This document shows positions 13,401 to 23,898 of a DNA stretch of 64,000 nt, piece after piece. Within the stretch, counting starts at the first letter, position 1. Each line of letters opens with the position of its first letter. Source of the stretch: Mytilus edulis. Its lineage: Eukaryota. Where the stretch lies: NCBI RefSeq assembly GCF_963676685.1, contig NC_092346.1, positions 63,054,001-63,118,000 of the forward strand. Reading direction: 5' to 3'. The position numbers were made by a program, and so were the translations under genes. The notes below the pieces were generated by a model. The model searched no databases, had not been told where the DNA came from, and saw only the letters and a list, made by a program, of their open reading frames with translations.

Positions 13401-16400
13401 TGTAAACTTTCTAAACCTTTTTTCTTTCTATATATATGTGGCGGCATTCTTCGCCCATTGACATGTTAGTTTAAGAGTAACGAATATGGTATGTCAAAAA
13501 ATATTTCACCCAAAAAATACAATATACCTCTAATATTTATCAATATATCAATATTTCATATCAAAATAATTATTTCCTATATTATTTATTATTACCAATA
13601 CCGGATATTGTAAAATATTCCCTGGTTACAAAAATGAAATTTTATGATTTTATTAGGCACATGTTTATATTACAGATTTCAACCGTTTAAAAGAAGAGAT
13701 CGTAAATACGAGCCACTGTTACACTCAACTTCCAAATTTGGTCATTTGCCATTTGGAACAAAATATTACAGAGAAGAATTTCTTGATAAACATATTACAC
13801 CAAAGGTAATTTTACAATTAGTTTTTCATATTTAAATTTTTATTTTTTTTCATATTTATTTAGTATTTAATTTTTGTATACACTTTTTTTTTAATTCATA
13901 TTTTTCAAACATTTAAAAGTTATTAAGTAGTTATAGTATGTCTATAGATTTTTTGTACTTAACTGGCCTTTTTTAGAAAATGTGACTTATTACGTTTAGC
14001 AGTATAATGATGGGTCATGCACAATTTCAGTGTGTATACTATGAGTTTCAAATATAATGTTCTGAAAAGTATAAGGAAAAAGGAAAGTGTTTAGTAGATA
14101 AAGTTACTGGTCAGTGGATAAACTTTGTTGTCAGAGTTGCCACTTGTCTGCCATTTACCACATTATAAGCTGAGTTTGGAATATATGGTATGAATATCCA
14201 TACTGATTGAGCCTATACGGGATCTGATATAGATAATTTAGTTCCATGGAGGTCCTATTTTATGATTCTTATCTCTAACTAAATCAATGCAAAAAAATGC
14301 ATTGAACATAGGTAGAATGGTATCAGAAAAATGATCCTAACCTTTCAAAGAGATCCTCTTTAAGTACATGGATTTCATATTTATACATTTTTTATTACCA
14401 AAATTAGGTTATTTTTTACGAGACTTTGAAATGACTGAAAATAAATTTGATTAATTATTTGTACAATTTTTACTTTTCTTGTTTGAACATCTGATTAACT
14501 TATTTGTTATTGTTTAAGCAATTTTATATGATGCAAGATCCAGAAATAATAGAATGAGTATGTTTGTGTAAGGTTACAGTATAAATGTAATCGGGAAAAT
14601 ATTAACAGTTAATTACAGGAGTTTAAAAGGAAATATTTATGTGATTTTCTTGCTCATATCAAACTTAGTTGCGTCAGTATTTACGACAAACTTAAATTGT
14701 ATGCACAGTCAAATATATAGTTTATATACATTTTGTTGTATATTTTTTTTTCTAGATTTGAGTGCTTTCAAATAGTTTAGATTTAAAATGTAATCACAGA
14801 TTTTTTTACCCTGACAATTGAAATTTGTTTATTAAATAAAACTGCATATGACCCTAAATTCCTATGACATCTAAGTTTGACATGGCAAGTTTCAGTTGAT
14901 GATGAAAAATGTAAAACAAGAAGTTGACAGTCATAATTTTTTATTGGGCAAACAAAAATTATAAAGCTCAGGAAGAAAAGTTGTTGTAAATAAATTATAT
15001 TTTTTTGGCACACATATTTTATAGTTGACATTTTAAATGAATTTTTAGAAATTTGAAATTTTCAAAAGGGAAAAAAATAGGTTCTTACAAACTTAATTTT
15101 GGAATTATTCTTTTTCTCAGTTATAGTGACAACTAAACATATCTGAGCTTGTTATTTTTGTTTGACATAATGGAACATGGAGAATACTCATACATGTGAA
15201 TTGATACTTTTTATTAAAAGAGGGGATCAGGAAAAGGTGAGGGCTGTATTGCTGTCTGCTTATGTTGAGATCAACCATTTTGTCATGGTTGATACTGATT
15301 GATGCTTTTGCTGCAACTAATACAAATTCAAATGAAACAGAATTGAATTAAACAATGTTCTCTACATTTGAGGAAAAAGTTTACGTATGCTTAATGTTCT
15401 TATTTGAACAGACATTTGGTCAAATAATAATTCCTAGAGCTGACAAAAAATATTCAAAAAATTTGTCTTTTGCTTTTGATTTGAACATTTGGCTTGTACC
15501 AGTACAATTTATAACAGAAAAAATATGATAAAGAAAATGTTAAGAATTGTTAGGAAACACTTTAAAAAAATCAAGATCAGTTCATATTGGCCTCATCTTA
15601 GTTGCAGCAATATAAGCTTACAAGTGAATTACCTGTTGTGATAATTAATATTAAAAATAAGATGATATATTTAACAGCAAATACCTCTATTAAAACCATC
15701 TACAAAGGTACAAATGTGTGAGGAATTGGTTCAAAGAGTGTGATTTATGTGTTTAAGGTTGTGGGAATATTTTGAGTGTTGTAGCATTGTAAATCTCTTT
15801 TTTGGCAGTGCAAAGGAATAAATTACATATTTAATGTGCATTTGTTTATGGAATTGAAAATTTACAGTTAAATCTATTTCAACTGGACCCCTTCATGCAT
15901 TAAAGTAGGTAATCTTTGGATTATTTAAAGAATACTTTTTGTCAATGCACTTTTATAATAATACTATTAAGTTTAGAAAAAAATGAGAAAGAATACTGGA
16001 TAAATTGAAACAAATTAATTCAATTATTGGGAACTTTAAACTGATACAGATATCAAGTTGTTTCTTAATTAATTCAGTAATACTTAATTCTCCAAAACAT
16101 ATTTATCTGAAATTTCCAATAAATGAATTATCAGTACAATATTGAAACCTAGGGTATATTTTACACATTTTCTGTTTAAAAGGATTATATGGTGCATTTG
16201 AAGCTGTTGCATGCACATCCTATAGTACATTTTTGAATACTGAAATCACAATCAACTGCACGTGTTAGGTTAAATTGAGATGCATTTCCATAGAGATAAT
16301 TTTTGCGAGCAAGGGAAGATGACAAAATTTACTTACTTCTAGCTGCAATTTGTGGTTATATTTTTCTTGTAAGATAATCTCCTCCCTAAACCATTTGACA

Positions 16401-16817
16401 TATATTGATGAAACTTTACACATTTGTAGAAAAACATGAGGACGTGCATACAGGCATATTTATAATCCTGGTCTAACATATAAAGGGTAGATAATCCAAT
16501 TTATTTCACTTTAATAATAGTATTGTATTTGGGGTACATACATGTGTACCTAGTATCCTGCTAGAGTTCTCTCACAGTTTTAGTTGATTTTTGTTGCAGC
16601 TATGGGTTTCAGTTATTGAAATTAGAAATTTAAAGGTTCTTTAGTACCAATAATCCCAAATTGTAGCATTTGCTATTTTTTTTAAAGATTAAAATTTGTA
16701 TTTTTACCAGATTATTTCTAATTCTTTTTATTTCTTTTTCAGCCTTTCAAAACCTTGGTCCCACCCATCCCTATGTTTGATAAATTGAATGACACATACT
16801 CACAAGGACAAGTGTGA
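4491..16817 (+). CDS. SPATA17: Spermatogenesis-associated protein 17 (IQ-motif axonemal protein), 10 coding exons
   Basis: Exons with GT-AG ends and matching phases: 4491-4558, 6105-6194, 9897-9978, 10492-10542, 10901-11004, 11495-11650, 12418-12568, 12891-13039, 13676-13805, 16743-16817 (TGA). The translation has three IQ motifs (VKIQANFRGSQVR, TVIQKSWRGYVGR, TQVQKIWRGYYVRK) and SPATA17-typical blocks HHLISTEVIPGIYNSPF and KPQGPFRDPTEVQKQRYKGFQPTLRVAT. AATAAA signals follow at ~17390-17680. Confidence 0.93.
5155..5882 (+). mobile_element. Non-autonomous Helentron-type element (HINE/pearl-like) with an internal ~160-bp tandem array, in SPATA17 intron 1
   Basis: 5' (GTCATTCC)n-like microsatellite, ~3.5 repeats (GATAAATT anchor at 5381, 5542, 5707), and a 3' short palindrome GTGTCACTTTGACAC followed by ATCTAGTT. 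Confidence 0.75.
6361..9755. mobile_element. Non-autonomous Kolobok-like DNA transposon (3.4 kb) in SPATA17 intron 2
   Basis: TTAA on both flanks (6357-6360, 9756-9759). Termini AGGGAAATTCCGCGA and revcomp AGGGAAACTTCGCAA match at 12/15. Both ends share the subterminal block ATTATGTTCAT...CATAAAAAA. RR termini with a TTAA TSD fit Kolobok rather than piggyBac. Confidence 0.78.
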
Positions 16818-18179
16818 ATACTATAAGAATGGAGAAAAAAATGACAATTTGTGATGGTTCAAGGATGGAGACCTAAGGAAAAAACATAAAAGTGTTGGAA
16901 TTTAAGATGTTCATGTAATCTTATACTATGTTTATGAGCTGTGATGTTATATTTATATTTATTTATATACAAGAATGTTTTAAAAATCATGAATTCTTGT
17001 AACCAGTTGTGCATTGGTTTTTTTATACATGAAAACATTATGGAAATTTGTACATGTAATTAATGATTTTATACAAATTTTGAAAAACAAATTTAAGTTT
17101 CCAGAACTATTCTATTATGTAAGAAATGACTTATACGCTTCTCTTTATTAAAGTTGTGTCCTTTGATTCAATTTCTTATTCATATTTCCTTAGTGCATGA
17201 AACGTTTCAGGAACTTACTGGATTTCCAGATTTTGTCCCTACATATTCCTAATCAGTAATACAAAATACATTTAAAAGATGTATGGATCAGAGGAATGAA
17301 TCGAGACAGAAAAGGTGTTGTTGGAGATCTTTGTTTACATAGTTGAGACATAGAAGACTTATTGATTACTTTGCTTTGCCTCAAAATTACAATAAAAAAT
17401 GTTGTTCTAACACACCAAAACAAAATTTATTTAATTTTTGTACTAAATATCTTTTAGGAAAGTCTTATAATTTATCTAATTATCTTGTTGTATAAGAAAC
17501 AAGCAATATAAAAAAATTTTGGTGATATTTTTATTTTTGCTTACATATATATAGTGACTGAGAAATGTCATTTTAAAAATAAAAAGAATTAAAAACTAAA
17601 GATAGCATAAGGTGTCTTAGCTAATATCTAATATTGTTTGTTATTTATTGTGCTGTTTTACTTAGCAATTGAATAAAATGTGATATTGTGATAATTCTGT
17701 ATATTATTTTATTTGATAGAATCTAAATTTGTTGAAGTACATATTGATATAAAAATTATAAAGTTATTTATCTGTTAATATGCCATTCTAAAGCCAGCAA
17801 AGAGGTAGTTTACAATTTTTTACTTTACATGTCTGAATAAAGGAGAAGTGTGGTATACATTACTGAGACAGCTTCAATGACACAAATTACTAAAAGTCTT
17901 AATGACATTGGCCTAAATGATTTCAGTTTCATATACTTTGAGGTCAGGTTTTAATTTTTTTTTTAAGGTATACATGAAGTATAAAACCACTAATTCTGCC
18001 TAGCAAGAAGTTTGTACAAGAAAGTTGTGCATATTTGAATCCTAATAGTTCCTACTCATAGCTGTCAATGAGTGAAATATACGGGTAGATTTGGTATCGA
18101 TAGAAAACTCGGGAGTTTGGATCACTAGAACTGTTGTTGAAAGTTTCTATTGATTAATACTGAAGAATATAAATTTTTA

Positions 18180-18447
18180 TAGGAGGGCACATTTGCCCTG
18201 TTGTTCAGATCAGAAGTTTTTGTACTATCAAACTTCTGTCACATTTTTCTCAGGAACTACAATACAAGGATTTCAGAAATTTGGTTTCAGGGTTTATATA
18301 AGTCTGCTTTACCATGTGATGCGTTTTCAGATTCATCACTTGACAAATTCCTGTTTACCGAACGCTTGCATATTTTTACACTATTAAGATTATCCACTTG
18401 CAGCAGGGGTATCATCAGTGAGCAGTAGCTCGCAGTTTCACTTGTTC
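18180..18447 (+). mobile_element. Short Helentron-type non-autonomous element
   Basis: One core unit (TCAGGAACTACAATACAAGGATTTCAGAAATTTGG...) and a 3' stem-loop (GTGAGCAGTAGCTCGC) followed by CACTTGTT. Confidence 0.55.
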
Positions 18448-18649
18448 TGATATTGAAGCAGGGGAGACAATTTTCTAAATTCAAGCCAAGAAAAATGTAA
18501 TCTATAACTTACTTTGGATTTATTTTTTTTGAGGATTAGGAACATTTGCATTTTTGTTGATATTGGTTTTGGAAGTCAGCATATAAGCCTAAAGGAATGT
18601 TATCTTTGTAGAACATTTAAATTCATGTTTACCCGTATGAGAATTTTAG

Positions 18650-19017
18650 AGGGATTCCGCTTAAAATTAGCAGGAACCCAGGCGGAATCCGCTTAAAAAT
18701 CTAGACTTTTAGACGGAATTAAGGCGGACATGGAAAAAAGAAAAAAATCCGTCTAAACTGTTATATACCTTAGGCGAAATGTTAACTTTTTTCCTGCTGA
18801 GTTAACAGGATTTCTGTAGCAACAGATATAACACAGACGGAATGCTGGACTTAGTAAGATTTGTTTCATTTCTAAGGTGGAAATTGTACTTAAAAAATTT
18901 TTGTTCAATTTTATGAGGCGGAATTTGTACTTAGAAAATTTTGTTTATATTTCTGAGGCGGAATTTGTACTTAGAAAATTTTGTTTGAATTTCTGAGGCG
19001 GAATTTCGGACTTAGAA
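18650..19017. repeat. Left subterminal motif array of the EnSpm element, including five ~40-bp units each carrying an AGGCGGAAT-like core
   Basis: GAGGCGGAATTT at 18915, 18955 and 18995 (40-bp period), with degenerate units at ~18834 and ~18874. Outer copies occur in both orientations, e.g. AGGCGGAATCCGCTT. Confidence 0.9.
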
Positions 19018-19759
19018 TATTTTTCACTTTTTTCTTATGAAAAATATATTGATTTATTTGTATTTTTGCAAATATATGATTAGAGGGTGGTGATTATCTG
19101 AGCAATATATCCAACATTAGTCAAGTTATCCAACAGATCAGAGATGCACAATCCCAGTATGTGGTTTGTATCAGTGCAACTTAGAATCATTTGCAGGCTT
19201 TAACATCACATTACCATCATCATGACCCATATATCATACTTAGGCTTTAAAACAGAAATCTGTTGAATAAAATTTATTTGGAGACAAATCGATGTATCCT
19301 TATACAAATATGAACTACAGAATAAAACAACATTCATGACATGTAACAACTACTAGTTTTATTCTCTTGATTTTCAGAAATCTACATTCACAGTACATGC
19401 AGTACCACAGTTTGGATTAATTTTTCATCAACATGATTAATACAAATAATATTTTTTCCCTTTACATCAACATGATCAACATGATCAATATTTTCTAATT
19501 TTAGTTTTGTAGCTATCATAATTTGCATTAAGCACTGTGAAGAAAATATTAGTTTTATGCTTTCTCTTTACACATGCAGGGCATATCCAGCCATTTTTAA
19601 AAAGGAGGTTCCCAACCCAGAGTAAAGGGGCAGGAACTATATGCTCCCATTCAAATGCATTGATTGGCAAAAAAAGAACTTTTACTTTACTGTTTTTAGA
19701 AAAAGGTTACATATGTACATGTATATAAACATTAATGAAATACTTAGAAATATGAAATA

Positions 19760-22700
19760 TTAATCTGATTCCATTTTGTTTGGGAATTTGCAAATATATG
19801 AATACTGTGCACAATCATATGTAACTAGCATACAAGAAGTAGTTATGTTTTCAATTGGTATTACTTCCAAAAATGCAGTTTTTGAAACTCTTAGAATATT
19901 GGACTTTGGTGCATAATTTCCACATCTTAGTTTTTCAATAAAAGCCAAATAGTACTGTTGATCATTCTCTACAAGATTAATGAAAAACTTGACTTGTCCA
20001 AAATTAATTAATCCCCTACATTTGTATTCAATTACTGAGTTGTTCCTCTTTACCATACGAGTATATGACTTTCCATATACAATACAGTCCTTCAGTTCCA
20101 AACGTTTAAAGCATTGAAACTTCATTTGTATAAGCTCATATCCAAAAAAATTATGCAATGCCACATTTTCTGAAGCAGATAGAGTTATTTCTTTTATGCC
20201 ACCTAAAATATAGCCAATGTTTCCAATTTTTTTCATTCGCTTTAAAATGTATGGACATTCCATTGAGTTATAAATTGATTCACAAACTGATCCTTTTTCT
20301 ATGCAGTTCTGTTTTAACTCTGGCAACTTTTGAAGAAAAGATACTCCAGTTACTATTTGGCTATCAATATTCTGAGTACCACGAATCATTCTAATTAAGG
20401 CACCATTTTTGTCTTCAAAAGAGAAACAACTGTGAGTATATAAAGGACCTAAATTGCGAACACAATCAGCTAAATGTAACAATTGGTGAATATTTAAGCG
20501 CATGTAACATCCATTGTAAAGTCTTGGAAAATTCTTACAAAATTCCAACAAATACATTTCTGCTTCATTTACTTCTTCATCTGTTGATCCATATTTAAGA
20601 AGAACATGCATTGCATTTACCAACAATAAATAATGTGACCATCGTTCCTGATCAAGTATTCCATGTAGAACTGGAGCACCATAATATAACAGAAAAGATC
20701 GGTACTCTGAAGCCTTCCAGTATTTAAGGTCATTCTGTATTGTTCTAGGAAGTCGTGTAATTTCAGTAGTTGGACGTATACTAATAAGTCTTTCATCAAC
20801 CTGACACAATTTTTGGAAGAAGTTGAAAGGTTTAGAAGAATGTTTTTGAGCAAACCATAATTCTAATAAAAGTTTCTGTACTCCCAAAAGTACCCCATGC
20901 ATATAGTCAATGGCAATACCATTGACAATGTCAAATTCTGGGAAAAAAGACAACCATGATGGACCTTTAATTCCTTTTACTACAGAACTTGTTCCATGTG
21001 TACCATTCAATGCTTGACGAGCATTTTCAATAACATTGTGAACTGTTCTTTCTGGGCCTTTTGGATTTGCCTCATCAAATGGAAATACTCGCGTCTGACC
21101 TTTTCCAACTGCTGCAGAAGTGCCTTGTTGTTCACATTTCCAACAGGAGTATGCACCATTATATTGTATATGGTTGCATAATATACTTCTTGCTGGAAGA
21201 TCTGCTGTACCACATAACAATATTCCTTTTGATAGAAATGCTCCTCTTTTTGGAGAGAAGCATTCTATGCCATTATACAAATTTTTCATTGAATGTTGAA
21301 ATGGTTTGAGAAAAGTGCCCATTGCTGGTTTCTGACTTCCAAACCATAAGCTTGCCAGTATCATATTCTCTCTTTTCATTCGTAGTTTATACGGCAGTTC
21401 ATTTATTACCAAGAAAATAGGCCACACTGAAACTTTACTGCTCTTAAATACTGCTGCTCCATCAGTGTTAAAAGTAAAAGAAATGTTATCAGGATTGCTC
21501 AAAAGACCATTCTCTTTGTTTAAAGATTTATAAATTTTCCCGTCATAAATATCTTCGTAGGTTCCATCTGGTGTATTACGCATAAAGCGATGTTGCAATC
21601 TTTCATAGAAATTTTCCTGAGAAAACAAATTTTGTATTTGGTTCTGTAATGGTATTTCAAGAAAGTAATTTCCATCATTTTTACTAAATGGCTTTTTACA
21701 AAATTCATATGGACAATTCTTTAGAGAAGTATTTTCAATGGCTCCTAAACAATGGCCACAGTAGAAGTGTTTTACTAATGGAATACGCAAATTTGTAAAA
21801 AACTTTTTAAACTCATGGAGCTTCGTACACAGATTATGTTCAAATGGTAAAGCAAATGCAATAATGTTCAATAACACTTGTGTTCCTTCGCTAGACACAC
21901 CAAAATTTGTTGTAAATAGGGCAAGAAGTAGCATGAAAGCTCCTACTGTTACTGAAGCTCCAGGATAAAGTGGTCGTAAGTCATAGTCTGAATTCAAATC
22001 ATCATTCTGATCAAAATTAGTAAATGTATGTTCATCATCATTGGAATCTTCCCAGAGCTCGAAAGGATCTTCTAACTCTATTGTTTCTTCATAAAGGGAT
22101 TTAAGAATATCGTCCAGTTCTGGATCATCACTTTTTAAATCTATTTCTGTAGCTTGTTCAAAGGTAATTGCATCAACTTGGTCACAATGATCAATAGTAC
22201 TCTGCAGCTGAAATAAGCAAATACATAAAAATGTACATTTGTTGAGTAATGCACATGTATAAACATATCTTTAAGGTTTACATGCAAGTTATTTACATTT
22301 ATGTATGTGCCTGTCCCATTAGTCAGGAGTCTGTAATTCAGTGGTTGTCTTTTGTTTATGTGTTACATGTTTGTTTTTCATTCATTTTTTTACATAAATA
22401 AGGCCGTTAGTTTTCTCGTTTAAATTGTTTTACATTGTTTTATCAGGGCCTTTTATAGCCGACTATGCGGTATGGGCTTTGCTCATTGTTGAAGTCCGTA
22501 CGGTTACCTATAGTTGTTAATGTTTGAGTCATTTTGGTCTTTTTTGGATAGTTGTCTCATTGGCAATCATACCAATCTTCTTTTTATGTTACATTGTACA
22601 TTTGTATTAAGCAGTAATACATGTATCTAAAATTTATACACTGTGCAGGTTTAAAAAAGAATTGACACAGCAGGTTTTTTCTTAAACAGACCATAATTTT

Positions 22701-23304
22701 TTACATGTACAAATGTACAGATTATTATGAGATAGTTGTTTTGATTATGAGCTGCAATTTAGTAAAATGCTAAATCACGTTGATGTATTGGCCTCAGATG
22801 ACAACATGATGTAGCGATTACATGATCAATTGAAGGTCATCTATGTGTGATACTCATTCACGTGTTAATCTTTAAATAATCGTGTTTAAAGTTGCAAAAC
22901 TTACTTTTTTGTGTTTTTGTTTATTTGCGGAAGTTGAATATTTTTAAAACAATAACGGAGATGTTCCGGAATGCGGAAATATGTTCCGGATAAAAAAAAA
23001 TACCAACACTATAATATATAACATGCGACGTATAACCTACCATTGAGGCTTCTGGAGCAGGACTTTCTTTGGATAACAAATTGTTTTGAATTTCATCCTC
23101 AAACACGAAGCTTTGGTTAACTTCCGACTCAAAAATGTAGTTTTCGTGTAACTGTTCAGTTGATTCATTCGATGTTAAATCCAAAGTAGGGACAGAACCA
23201 TTAAGAGTCAACACTGGAATCGGAAGTCCATCCTTTTTTATTATTTCTTTTTGTCTGTATGGTCCCCTTTTTCTTTTCTTTTTCATATTGTATTCATCGG
23301 CCAT
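19760..23304 (-). CDS. CMC/EnSpm (CACTA, Tnp2/Transposase_21-like) DDE transposase, 2 exons, ~903 aa, uninterrupted
   Basis: Exon 1 is 23304-23041 (MADEYNMKKKRKRGPY..., NLS-like; donor ATG|GTAGGT). Exon 2 is 22207-19760 (acceptor TTTCAG, in frame with the 745-aa track ORF). Motifs: FYCGHC..CPYEFC, YEDIYDG, FTFNTDGAAVFKSS-SVWPI, CGTADLPARS, YNGAYSCWKC, IDYMHGVLLG, YWKASEYRSFLLY, NIHQLLHL-GPLYTHSCFSFEDKNG, RNNSVI. Confidence 0.93.
22300..22586. repeat. Abundant SINE-like/retroposon repeat inside the transposase intron
   Basis: Shares GCCTGTCCC..GTCAGGA, ACCTATAGTTGTT and AGTTGTCTCATTGGCAATCATACC..ATCTTC with other copies in the window: ~11272-11397 and ~13135-13237 (reverse), ~26985-27080, ~33355-33645, ~39865-40105. 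Confidence 0.8.
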
Positions 23305-23898
23305 GTTGAGGAGAAGAGTACTGTGTACAATTGGGGTTGCCAAAGGATGAATTAATTGCTTGTATTTGGAACCATTTTATTTGCTGCTATGTAGTCCTTT
23401 GAATAACTGTATATTTTTGTATACCAACTTTTCCAAGATCGACATATTTAAAGCCAATATTTTGTTCAGAATGGTGTTTTTTTTTTAATTATAAAAAATA
23501 TATTTTGTCATCAGTAAATCAAATTCATTAGACAAATCCGCTCCACAGATTATATTTTATGAAGAAAAATCAAAACTTATAAAAAAATACATGTTCTCAA
23601 AGTCAGGGTTTTTTATTTTTAGCCTTCTTAGGTCTTTAATTTAATATTCATATTAAAGTAAGTATATAACGTTTTTTTTTAAATAAAAATCTGTGATACA
23701 CTGCATGAGTTGAACCTGTGACGATCCTCATTCCGTTATATCAGTAGCATACGCCAGAGCTTACTGTAATTTGAAACCTCAATGACCAGTGCCATGCTGA
23801 ATAGCGTTTCCTGTAATTTGAAACCTGAAAGACCAGTGCCATTTTGAATTTTCATCGCCACACATCATCACAGAACACGTTTTTCGAAGTAAAAAAAT
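23305..23898. promoter_or_regulatory. Probable bidirectional promoter region of the transposase/BEN gene pair
   Basis: 594 bp separate the two divergent ATGs. The interval contains a 32-bp direct repeat (23764-23795 and 23811-23842, 30/32 identical). Confidence 0.55.

Noticed and set aside
20158-21708. Short ORFs overlapping the transposase, and antisense ORFs at 26397-26900
   Set aside because: Shadow frames of real coding exons with no independent features.
22921-23343. 140-aa ORF as a separate gene
   Set aside because: It is transposase exon 1 (true ATG at 23304) read through the donor at 23041.
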